Positions 55,854 to 64,000 of a stretch of 64,000 nucleotides of DNA are shown here, in pieces. The notes under the pieces were generated by a model that saw nothing but the letters and a program-made list of their open reading frames with translations, was not told where the DNA came from and did not search any database. The stretch comes from Candidatus Micrarchaeota archaeon. GTDB lineage: Archaea; Micrarchaeota; Micrarchaeia; Norongarragalinales; Norongarragalinaceae. Position 1 is the first letter of the stretch. Each line of letters begins with the position of its first letter. The stretch covers positions 96,001 to 160,000 of the forward strand of contig JACQQD010000009.1 of the NCBI GenBank assembly GCA_016207165.1. The letters run 5' to 3'. A program made the translations under genes and the position numbers.

Positions 55854-57152
55854 ATGGACCTAACTCCTGCGAAAGGCATGCGCGACTTTCTGCCACCGGA
55901 GGCCGCGCGGCGTGAACACGTCGTGGATACCCTGAAAAAAGCGTTCAAGCGGTACGGGTTTCTGCCCTTGGAAACGCCGGTGGTGGAACGGTACGAGGTT
56001 TTGTCCAGCAAGTTTGCCGGCGGCGAAGAGATTTTGAAGGAAACCTTTCGGTTGCAGGACCAAGGAAAACGGGAGTTGGGGTTGCGGTACGACTTGACGG
56101 TGCCCATGTGCCGGGTGTTGGCAGGCAATACGTCGTTGCCCAAACCGTTTAAACGCTATCAGGTCGCGCCCGTGTACCGCGACGGACCCCTCAAGACGGG
56201 GCGTTACCGGGAATTCGTCCAATGCGATGTCGACACCGTTGGAGTCTCAGGCGTGCAAGCGGAAGCCGAGCAGTTGGCGTTGACCGCCCACGTGTTTTTT
56301 GAACTGGGTTTGAAGGTAACGATCAAGTTCAACAACCGAAAGCTTTTGAACGGCGTTTTGGAGGATGCCGGAATTTCCCAAGAAAAGCACCACGGAACGT
56401 TGTTGGCGTTGGACAAGCTGTCGAAAATCGGGGAGAACGGCGTTTTAGAGGAACTGGAAAAAGACCGGGGCCTTGAAAAAAAGGCGGCCAAACATTTGCT
56501 GGATGTTTTTATGAAGGCGGGATCCGGAGAAAAAGCGTTGAACGCGTTGAAGAAAACCGCGAAATCCGAATCCGGAAAACAAGGCCTATCGGAACTGGAG
56601 CAACTCGTGGAATCGCTCAAGGCGTACGGCGTGAAGAACGCGGTGTTCTCGCCGGAACTTTCGCGGGGTCTGAATTACTACACGGGCACCGTGTTCGAGG
56701 TGTTTGCAAAGGAAAGCGAGATTTCCTCTTCCTTGGCTGCGGGCGGGCGGTACGACGACATGATCGGCAACTTTTCCGGTAAAGAGAAAACGCCAGCCGT
56801 CGGCATCTCGTTCGGGCTGGACGTAATCGGGGAAGTGCTCAAAGAGAAAAGCGGCTCCATGCCGTCGCCCGTCCAAGTATTCGTTGTTACGGTGGGCGAC
56901 GTGCAAAACGACGCCATCCACGTGGCGGAGTCCCTCCGGAAATCCGAGGTGAACGTGTTGTTGGACTTGGCGGGCCGCGGCGTGTCCAAGAATCTTTCAT
57001 GGGCTTCCGCGCAACAAATTCCTTTTGTAGTCATCGTCGGCGAGAAAGAAGTCCGATCCGGCAAGTTTACGCTTCGGGACATGGCTTCCGGCAAAGAAAA
57101 GTCGTTGAGCTTGCAAGGCTTGGCGTTGGCTCTGGGGGCAAAAACGGATTAG
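55854..57152 (+). CDS. hisS: histidyl-tRNA synthetase
   Basis: KGMRDFLP, LRYDLTVP, GRYREFVQCD, RGLNYYTG, GGRYD. Confidence 0.97.
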   Translation: MDLTPAKGMRDFLPPEAARREHVVDTLKKAFKRYGFLPLETPVVERYEVLSSKFAGGEEILKETFRLQDQGKRELGLRYDLTVPMCRVLAGNTSLPKPFKRYQVAPVYRDGPLKTGRYREFVQCDVDTVGVSGVQAEAEQLALTAHVFFELGLKVTIKFNNRKLLNGVLEDAGISQEKHHGTLLALDKLSKIGENGVLEELEKDRGLEKKAAKHLLDVFMKAGSGEKALNALKKTAKSESGKQGLSELEQLVESLKAYGVKNAVFSPELSRGLNYYTGTVFEVFAKESEISSSLAAGGRYDDMIGNFSGKEKTPAVGISFGLDVIGEVLKEKSGSMPSPVQVFVVTVGDVQNDAIHVAESLRKSEVNVLLDLAGRGVSKNLSWASAQQIPFVVIVGEKEVRSGKFTLRDMASGKEKSLSLQGLALALGAKTD

Positions 57153-57220
57153 ATTTCAAACGCGCGTTCTCCGTGCTTTTCCTCAAGTTGGCGTCTTCGG
57201 GCCCCTGCATTCGGTCGCCG

Positions 57221-58162
57221 TTAATGCGTACGCGTCATCAAGGCCGGCACCACGCATTTTCTCCTCCAGACGACGTTGGTGCCTGTGTCGATGCGGTAAA
57301 CGGGGTTGTCTGGGCTGGGCTTTAGCCGGATCTGGGCGCTTGGGAGTCGCTTAAGGAATTGGACTTCACTGAGTTTCTTGAACAGATTCCATTCCGGGTC
57401 AATCAGGTACGGCGTGCCGTCTAATTCGGCATGCACCCAGGCATGCCTTCCGCGGCTCGTTCCGGCATTCAAGTCTCCCCGAACGTAGCGGGCATCGATT
57501 CCCGCTTCCTGGAGGCTTTGAACCAATAAAGCGGCTTTGTGCCGGCAAACGCCTTCACCGGATCGGATGATGGTTCCCGCTCCCAACACGCTGCCGGCTT
57601 CCGGTTCGCGCCCACGGGCACGTAGAGGGGCCTGGTCATGCAAGGCGTGAAGCAGCTCCCGTGCGATTTGAACTTCCGAGAACGTCGTTACGGCGAGGCG
57701 TCTGGCTCCAAGGGTGTACGGTAACGTGTTGGGTGAATCTTTATTGATTTTGAGTAACTCGCGGTCGTACGTAGCGAGGTGACCCAATTCAAACTGGGTG
57801 CCAGGAAGAATGTCGCCGTGGAACAAGTAGGAAAGTCCGGTTCGTTCCTCGTGGGTGGCGTCCGACGGCTTTTCGTCGGGCCGGACATGGGCTTCTTTCT
57901 CCACCAAGGCGTTGAGCAACGGGGCCTGCTCGTAAAAAGATTCGCGATCCGGCGCCGGAAGTCCTCGGATGAAGTCGTTCTGGCGGCGGACCATGGACAA
58001 CGGGTCCTTGAAATAGGTGGAGAGGTATTTGGCGAAGCGTTCGGCGGTCAAGTCGCCGGGTTTGACGCGTCTTGAATCCGGAACCTCCAGGACGCAGGAG
58101 GCCATGAGGCGTTTTTGGTGGCCGGAGAGTTGCTTCCACACGCGCTGAATCAATTCATTCAT
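57221..58162 (-). CDS. transglutaminase-like (Cys-His-Asp) domain protein
   Basis: GVCRHKAALL, RYVRG, HAWV, YLIDP. Confidence 0.78.
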   Translation of the reverse strand: MNELIQRVWKQLSGHQKRLMASCVLEVPDSRRVKPGDLTAERFAKYLSTYFKDPLSMVRRQNDFIRGLPAPDRESFYEQAPLLNALVEKEAHVRPDEKPSDATHEERTGLSYLFHGDILPGTQFELGHLATYDRELLKINKDSPNTLPYTLGARRLAVTTFSEVQIARELLHALHDQAPLRARGREPEAGSVLGAGTIIRSGEGVCRHKAALLVQSLQEAGIDARYVRGDLNAGTSRGRHAWVHAELDGTPYLIDPEWNLFKKLSEVQFLKRLPSAQIRLKPSPDNPVYRIDTGTNVVWRRKCVVPALMTRTH

Positions 58163-58174
58163 TACAGGACTCCC

Positions 58175-61138
58175 TCAACCGGTTTTCTCGAAGGAGAACG
58201 ACACGTCCACATCCTCGGCGTTCTCCTGGATTTTCTGTTTGGAGTCCGCCAAAGTTGCGTTGGAAGCGGAAACCGCGGACTTTAGTTCGCCCAAGTGCTT
58301 GGAAACAAAGTCGCGAAATGACGAGTCGGCCACGTGCAGGGACAGCGCGATTTGGTCCTTGACATGCAGGCCCGCCTTCTTTCGTTCGGCTTGGATTTTG
58401 CGCGTCAATTCGCGGAAGCGCGCCATGTGTTCCAGGTTATCGTCGCGTTCCGTGTTGACAAAAACGGCGCCGCCCTTGAATTCTTTGACCGCGTAGGCGC
58501 CGCCTTGCGGTTTTTCCTGGTGGTAGGACACTTCCAACGCGTTCAGTGAAGAAAGTAGGATGGATTGGAGGTTCACGACGGCGTTCTCCACGGCTGGCTC
58601 TCCGGTGACGACGACTTGGCGGACGGGCCAGCGCAGCTTGAATCCGGCGTCTTTTCGGGCGGCGTTGGTGGCCTCCGTCACATGCATGGCGGCCTGCATG
58701 GCGGCTTCCAAGTCGTTTTGAATGCGGGCTTCGTCGGGCACCGGATAGGATTCGAAATGGACGCTGTTCTTGTTTCCAAGGTGGTGCCACACGTATTCGG
58801 TGGCAAACGGCGTGATGGGCGCCAACAAAAGCGTGAGTTGGCGTAAAACGTGGTGGAGGGTATCAAAGACGTCTTCGTCGTTGCGGTCTCGCACCAGCTT
58901 GATGTACCACCTCGAAAAATCGTTGACGGCAAAGTCCACTAATTTTCGGCCCACGTGGTGGAATTCAAACGATTCGTAGTGCGCTAGGATTTCTTTCGTG
59001 ATGGTGTTCAGGCGGGAAACCAGCCACGCGTCCTCCACGGCCTTGAGAGAGGGTTCTTTGGGCATCCATGTTGCAGGCTTGTATGAATCGTAGTACAGAA
59101 AGGCGTTCCAGTAAATGTTGAGCGCCTTGTAGACTTCCTTGGCGGAGGTGAAGGAGAACTTTTGCACGTCCCAAGGCGCGATGTCCCAGCAATAATACAA
59201 ACGCATGACGTCGCCGCCCAATTCTTTGACCGCGTCCTGGGCCCAGACCACGTTGCCGACGCTTTTGCTCATTTTGTTGCCTTTCTCGTCGACCACCCAG
59301 CCCATCATGGAGACGCTGCGGTAGGCGGGTTTGTCGAAAACCGCCATGCCCGTAAACAAGAGCACGTAGAACCAGCCGCGGATTTGGTCCTGGCTTTCCG
59401 TGACCAAGTCCACCAAACAGTCGCCGGACAAGCGTTCAAAGAGTTCCTTGTTCTGGTATGGGTAACCCAACGACGCCCAGGGCGCAATGGAGGAGTCAAA
59501 CCAGACGTTGAAGATGTCCTTGATGCGCGACATTTTTTTGCCGCAGTCGCATTCAAGCTGGATGCCGTCCACGGAGTGCCTGTGCAAGTCCGAAAGTTCA
59601 CCGGGGTCCTTGGTGGCGGACGCGCGCAGCTCATCAACGGAGCCGATGACTTTCTTTCTTCCGCAAGAACATTGCCAAATGGGGATGGGAATGCCCCAGA
59701 AACGTTGTTGGGAAATGCACCAGTCTTGGGCGTCGGCGAGCCAATTGTTCATGGCTTCCCTTCCAAACTCCGGCATCCAATTCACGTTGGCGTTGGCGGA
59801 CAACAACTTTTCCTTGATGGGTTCAACGGACAGGTACCATTGCCGGGAGACGCGGAAAACCAGGGGCGACTTGCACCGCCAGCAAAGAGGGTAGCTGTGC
59901 GTGACCGTTCCGGAATGCAAGAGATTGCCTTGGCGTTCCAGGAGTTCCAAAACCGTCTTGTTGGCTTTCTTGAAGAACTGGCCCTTCAGAAATCCGACTT
60001 TCTCGCTGAATTGCCCTTGCTCGTTGACCGGCGACAAAACGGGAAGGTTGTAGTGTTTTCCAAAAAAGTGGTCGGTTTGCCCGTGACCGGGAGCGGTGTG
60101 CACCAGGCCCGTACCGTCGTCGACCGTGACGAACTGCTGGAATTCTTCTTCCACCTTGGCCTTGGTCTCGTGCTTCTTGTACTTTTTCTTGGCCATCAAG
60201 TTGATGCTCAAGTAGACTCGGTACGCGCCTTCGTTGGACGCAATCTCTTTTTGCTGCTCGCACGAAACCAGTGGTTCGTACCGGAGGCCGTCGAGTTTTT
60301 CGCCCTTGAATTCCTCGACGATTTCAAAGTCAAGTCCAATGGTTTGCTTCAAGACGTCGTCGGCGCGTTTCTTGGCCAAAATGTACGTGTCCTTGCCGGC
60401 CTTGGCCCGAACATACGTCTCGGATGCCAGAACCGCAATGGCGACGTTGCTTGGCAGAGTCCACGGCGTGGTGGTCCACACCAAGAGGTACTCGTCGGGT
60501 TTTCCTTTGACTTGGAACTTGACGTAAAGGGAGGGGTCCGTGACATCCTTGTAGGAATCCGAGACCTCGTACCCGCTTAACGCGGTTTCGCAGTGGGGAC
60601 ACCAGTGAATGGCTTTGTTGCCCTCCACGAGAAACCCTTTTTCGTGCAAGGTCTTCAGCGTCCACCACGCGCTTTCAACGTAGTACGGCTTGTACGTGAA
60701 ATACGGTTCAACGTAGGCTCTCCACGCGCCGAGTTGGTCGTAGACGGAGAGCCAGACTTTCTCGTTGTTGAGCACTTTTTGCAGGCATAGCGCGTCGAAT
60801 TTTTCGACGCCCATTTTCTCGACGTCCTGCTTGCTTTGGATGCCCAACTCTTTTTCGACCATGACTTCAACCGGCAAGCCATGGCAGTCAAAACCGGGCT
60901 GGATCTTGGCGTCAAAACCCTGCATGATTCGCAGCCGCGTCCAAATGTCTTTGCACGTGGTGGCTTTGACGTGGCCGACGTGAGGCGACGCGTTGACGTA
61001 CGGCGGACCGTCCAGCAAATAGAAGGGTCTCGCGTTTTTCCGGTGCGCAGAGAGTTTCTGGGGCACCTTTTCTTTTTTCCAGTATTGTCGCACCCATTCT
61101 TCGATGCGGTGGGGCTCAAAGCGTTGGAGTTTTTCCAT
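58175..61138 (-). CDS. ileS: isoleucyl-tRNA synthetase
   Basis: DGPPY, HVGH, GFDCHGLP, WTTTPWTLP, GTGLVH, DWCISQQR, DQIRGWF, KMSKS. Confidence 0.96.
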   Translation of the reverse strand: MEKLQRFEPHRIEEWVRQYWKKEKVPQKLSAHRKNARPFYLLDGPPYVNASPHVGHVKATTCKDIWTRLRIMQGFDAKIQPGFDCHGLPVEVMVEKELGIQSKQDVEKMGVEKFDALCLQKVLNNEKVWLSVYDQLGAWRAYVEPYFTYKPYYVESAWWTLKTLHEKGFLVEGNKAIHWCPHCETALSGYEVSDSYKDVTDPSLYVKFQVKGKPDEYLLVWTTTPWTLPSNVAIAVLASETYVRAKAGKDTYILAKKRADDVLKQTIGLDFEIVEEFKGEKLDGLRYEPLVSCEQQKEIASNEGAYRVYLSINLMAKKKYKKHETKAKVEEEFQQFVTVDDGTGLVHTAPGHGQTDHFFGKHYNLPVLSPVNEQGQFSEKVGFLKGQFFKKANKTVLELLERQGNLLHSGTVTHSYPLCWRCKSPLVFRVSRQWYLSVEPIKEKLLSANANVNWMPEFGREAMNNWLADAQDWCISQQRFWGIPIPIWQCSCGRKKVIGSVDELRASATKDPGELSDLHRHSVDGIQLECDCGKKMSRIKDIFNVWFDSSIAPWASLGYPYQNKELFERLSGDCLVDLVTESQDQIRGWFYVLLFTGMAVFDKPAYRSVSMMGWVVDEKGNKMSKSVGNVVWAQDAVKELGGDVMRLYYCWDIAPWDVQKFSFTSAKEVYKALNIYWNAFLYYDSYKPATWMPKEPSLKAVEDAWLVSRLNTITKEILAHYESFEFHHVGRKLVDFAVNDFSRWYIKLVRDRNDEDVFDTLHHVLRQLTLLLAPITPFATEYVWHHLGNKNSVHFESYPVPDEARIQNDLEAAMQAAMHVTEATNAARKDAGFKLRWPVRQVVVTGEPAVENAVVNLQSILLSSLNALEVSYHQEKPQGGAYAVKEFKGGAVFVNTERDDNLEHMARFRELTRKIQAERKKAGLHVKDQIALSLHVADSSFRDFVSKHLGELKSAVSASNATLADSKQKIQENAEDVDVSFSFEKTG

Positions 61139-61228
61139 ACAACGAAGTCACCTGTTCATCGGATCCAGGAAAAAAATTTGGGCTTGACGCTTATATTAAG
61201 GGTGGCTTCCAATTGCATTTCGAGTTTT

Positions 61229-62659
61229 ATGCCGTTGAAACATCCGAAAGCCAAGGAGTTTGCCGAGTGGTACATTGAGCTCGTCGAGAAAGCCGAGTTG
61301 ATGGATTATTCGCCCATCCAGGGCTGCATGACCATTCGGCCGCGGGCGTACGGCATTTGGGAAAAATACCAGGACATCATCAACGCGCGCATGAAATCGG
61401 ATTCCGTGCAGAACGCGTACTTTCCCATGTTCATTCCGGAATCCTTTTTGAAAAAAGAAGCCGAACACTTCGAAGGCTTTGCGCCGGAAGTGGCGTGGGT
61501 CACGCACGGCGGAAACGAAGAGCTTGCGGAAAAGCTGGCGCTGCGTCCCACGTCCGAAACCATCATGTACCACATGTTCGCCAAATGGATCCAGAGCCAC
61601 CGCGACTTGCCGTTGAAAGTCAACCAGTGGTGCAACGTCATCCGGTGGGACACCAAGACCCTCAAGCCGTTCCTGCGCACCCGCGAATTCTTGTGGCAGG
61701 AAGGCCACACGGCCCACAGCACGGAAAAAGAAGCCGAAGAAATGGTTTTGCGCGCGTTGTCCTGGTACCGGGAAGCCTGCGAGCAATACCTGGCCATTCC
61801 CGTAATGCTCGGAAAGAAATCCAAGGGAGAAACGTTTCCGGGAGCCAAGTACACCACCACCGTCGAGACGCTCATGCCGGACGGAAAGGCTTTGCAGGCC
61901 GGCACCTCACATTTGTTGGGCCAGTCCTTTGCCAAAATGTTCAACGTGACGTTCAAGGACCAAAACGAGAAAGACCAGTTCGCCTGGCAGACCAGTTGGG
62001 GCACGTCCACGAGGCTTTTGGGCGCCATGTTCATGCTGCACTCCGACGACAAGGGACTGGTGTTGCCGCCTAAAGTCGCGCCGCTTCACGTCGTCATCGT
62101 GCCCATCGCGAAAAAAGACGACGAGTCGGCCATGGCCTTGCAGGCCGCCGAACGCGTCAAGAAATCCCTGGAAGAGCAAGGGTTGCACGTGCACATCGAC
62201 AACCGAAAAGAACGCACGCCGGGTTACAAGTTCAACGACTGGGAACTCAAGGGCGTGCCGCTTCGCATGGAAATCGGCTTCAAGGAACTCTCCGAACGCA
62301 GCGTGACGGTGGCGCGACGGGACACCGGCGAAAAGGACGTCATCCCAGAGGACAAGCTGGCGCTTAAAACCGTGGCCATCCTGGATGCCATCCAAAAAAA
62401 CCTGCTGGAAAAAGCGCGCCAATTCATGAACGCCAACACGGCTCCGGCAAAAAACTTCGGGCAACTCAAAAAGACGCTGGAAGACATGCGGGGCTTCGTG
62501 GTTTCCGGCTGGTGCGGGGACCCGCGGTGCGAACAAGCCATCAAGGAGGACACCGGGGCCACCATCCGATTGATTCCATTCAACGACGAGCCAAGCGGAG
62601 TATGCGTCATGTGCGACCGGGACTCCAAGCACACGGCGTACTTTGCCAGGGCCTACTAA
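61229..62659 (+). CDS. proS: prolyl-tRNA synthetase, archaeal/eukaryotic type
   Basis: LRPTSET, FLRTREFLWQEGHT, QTSWGTSTR, C-terminal Zn cysteines and FARAY; start re-assigned to ATG 61229. Confidence 0.97.
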   Translation: MPLKHPKAKEFAEWYIELVEKAELMDYSPIQGCMTIRPRAYGIWEKYQDIINARMKSDSVQNAYFPMFIPESFLKKEAEHFEGFAPEVAWVTHGGNEELAEKLALRPTSETIMYHMFAKWIQSHRDLPLKVNQWCNVIRWDTKTLKPFLRTREFLWQEGHTAHSTEKEAEEMVLRALSWYREACEQYLAIPVMLGKKSKGETFPGAKYTTTVETLMPDGKALQAGTSHLLGQSFAKMFNVTFKDQNEKDQFAWQTSWGTSTRLLGAMFMLHSDDKGLVLPPKVAPLHVVIVPIAKKDDESAMALQAAERVKKSLEEQGLHVHIDNRKERTPGYKFNDWELKGVPLRMEIGFKELSERSVTVARRDTGEKDVIPEDKLALKTVAILDAIQKNLLEKARQFMNANTAPAKNFGQLKKTLEDMRGFVVSGWCGDPRCEQAIKEDTGATIRLIPFNDEPSGVCVMCDRDSKHTAYFARAY

Positions 62660-62672
62660 GCGAGTCACCCTC

Positions 62673-63569
62673 ATGCAGAACCACTTCCGCATGGAAGTTC
62701 CCCCACTTCGGCGCATCGTCCAGGAACGCGACGTGCGGGACGCAATCCAATCCATGCTGAAAAGCGTGTTCAGTCACCTGGGGGTTAACGGCCGGAAAGC
62801 CAATGGATTGATCCGGGAGTGCCTGCGCTTGGCTGGAGAATCCAAGACGGAAATGGAGTACGAAAACAGGGCGCATGCGTTGCTGGAGGAAGCCGGACTT
62901 GTCGCATCCATCCAAGAAAAACTCCGCGAACGCTCCGCCCTCATCCACGCGCAAATCCGGGAGCACCTGTCTGAAGGAAAAACCCTGGACGTGGGATGCG
63001 GAGACGGCCGCGTCGGCGCACTTCTTTCCAGAGACGGCCACGACGTGCATTTGGCGGACGTGTACGCGCACCCCCAAGTTCAAACCCACGGCCTGCCGTT
63101 TTCGAGGTTCCGCCAAGGCGAGGCACTGCCTTTCCGCGACCAAGAATTTGACAACGCGGTGGTGTTGACCGTCTTTCACCACGCCGAAAATCCGGAGCAC
63201 GCGTTGCGCGAAGTCCACCGCGTGCTTCGCCCTGGGGGCCGCGTGGCCGTGATTGAATCCGTGTACGGCGTTGAGGGAGATGAATTGACTCGTGATCAAA
63301 GAAAGGCGGCACGTGCCTTTGTAGACTTGTTGCCGAAACAGCAACGCTGGGCCAACGTTTTTTTCGACCATTTCTACAACCGCGTTCTGCATTACAGCGC
63401 TTCGCCGAACGGAAAAGTCAACGTGCCGTTCAACTTCAACACGCCCGCCGAGTGGAATCGATTGTTCAAAGCGCATGGATTTGACGTGGAGAAAACCATT
63501 CATTTGGGCGTGGATCAGCCCACCGTTCCGGAATACCACACGCTTCACGTCCTGCAAAGGCGGGAATGA
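62673..63569 (+). CDS. class I SAM-dependent methyltransferase
   Basis: TLDVGCGDG, LPFRDQEFD, VFHH, RVLRPGG; start uncertain. Confidence 0.88.
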   Translation: MQNHFRMEVPPLRRIVQERDVRDAIQSMLKSVFSHLGVNGRKANGLIRECLRLAGESKTEMEYENRAHALLEEAGLVASIQEKLRERSALIHAQIREHLSEGKTLDVGCGDGRVGALLSRDGHDVHLADVYAHPQVQTHGLPFSRFRQGEALPFRDQEFDNAVVLTVFHHAENPEHALREVHRVLRPGGRVAVIESVYGVEGDELTRDQRKAARAFVDLLPKQQRWANVFFDHFYNRVLHYSASPNGKVNVPFNFNTPAEWNRLFKAHGFDVEKTIHLGVDQPTVPEYHTLHVLQRRE

Positions 63570-63648
63570 ACAAGGGTGGCCCTCGGGCATTTGAGGAGTT
63601 GCACGACATGCACACTCCCATTTAAGCCGGCGACGCTCTTAGAACGCC

Positions 63649-64000
63649 ATGCTTTCATTGGACTGGTTTCAGTACGCTCTGCTGGGAGCCGTTTCGTCTT
63701 CCGCGTTTTGGATCGTGTGCCGCGCGTTCTTGAAAAACCAGGAGCACCACCGCGCGTTCGCGCTGGTCATGCAGTTTCTCCCGCTGGTTTTCCTCATTCC
63801 CGTACTGGCCGTGGAACCCTTGGCGCTTCCGCAAACGCAGGCGGGTTGGCTTTGGCTTTTTTTGGCGGGATCGGTTTGGGCCATCCAGCAAATCGTGGTG
63901 TTCAAGAGCCTGCGGTTCGTCGACGTGTCGACTCGTGAGCCGTTGTACCGAACCAAAATGGTTTGGGCCGTTGCGCTCGGAATTCTCTTCCTCGGCGAAA
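63649..64000 (+). CDS. EamA/DMT family transporter, 5' part (truncated; absent from the ORF track)
   Basis: manual translation MLSLDWFQYALLGA...VFKSLRFVDVS..EPL...LGILFLGE, open to the window end. Confidence 0.8.
   Translation, partial: MLSLDWFQYALLGAVSSSAFWIVCRAFLKNQEHHRAFALVMQFLPLVFLIPVLAVEPLALPQTQAGWLWLFLAGSVWAIQQIVVFKSLRFVDVSTREPLYRTKMVWAVALGILFLGE

Noticed and set aside
60836-61228. N-terminal extension of the 607-aa ProRS ORF
   Set aside because: It overlaps ileS on the opposite strand; ProRS homology begins at about 61229

Overview
A 64 kb archaeal chromosomal segment, identified by topoisomerase VI A/B, a Dim2/Pno1-type KH protein, archaeal-type ProRS, RtcB, TATA-like boxes and a tRNA-His with a bulge-helix-bulge intron. 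A DPANN/Micrarchaeota-like origin is an inference from gene style and is not proven. The window is mostly clustered biosynthesis: de novo NAD (nadA-nadX-nadC-nadE, nadD), lrp-glnA, an almost complete de novo purine cluster (purN-B-A-C-E, folD, purH-F-D, purM, purL-Q), leucine (leuA-ilvE-leuC-D-B), threonine (hom-lysC-asd, thrB-C) and three aminoacyl-tRNA synthetases. Orphan and signalling-type genes are interleaved among these. The most notable observations are: (1) a membrane class III nucleotide cyclase, an HD phosphohydrolase and an HD-GYP gene clustered beside a divergent surface protein; (2) a 46-bp hairpin element with compensatory base changes flanking lrp-glnA, plus a 38-bp duplication of the lrp 3' end; (3) a RelA/SpoT-type hydrolase-only protein between the NAD and purine clusters; (4) a class II-like purE in frame behind purC; (5) a recurring set of orphan ORFs with Arg-rich N-termini. 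No CRISPR array, rRNA, integrase or transposase was recognised. All calls come from motif recognition by eye, and several start codons were re-assigned relative to the ORF track.
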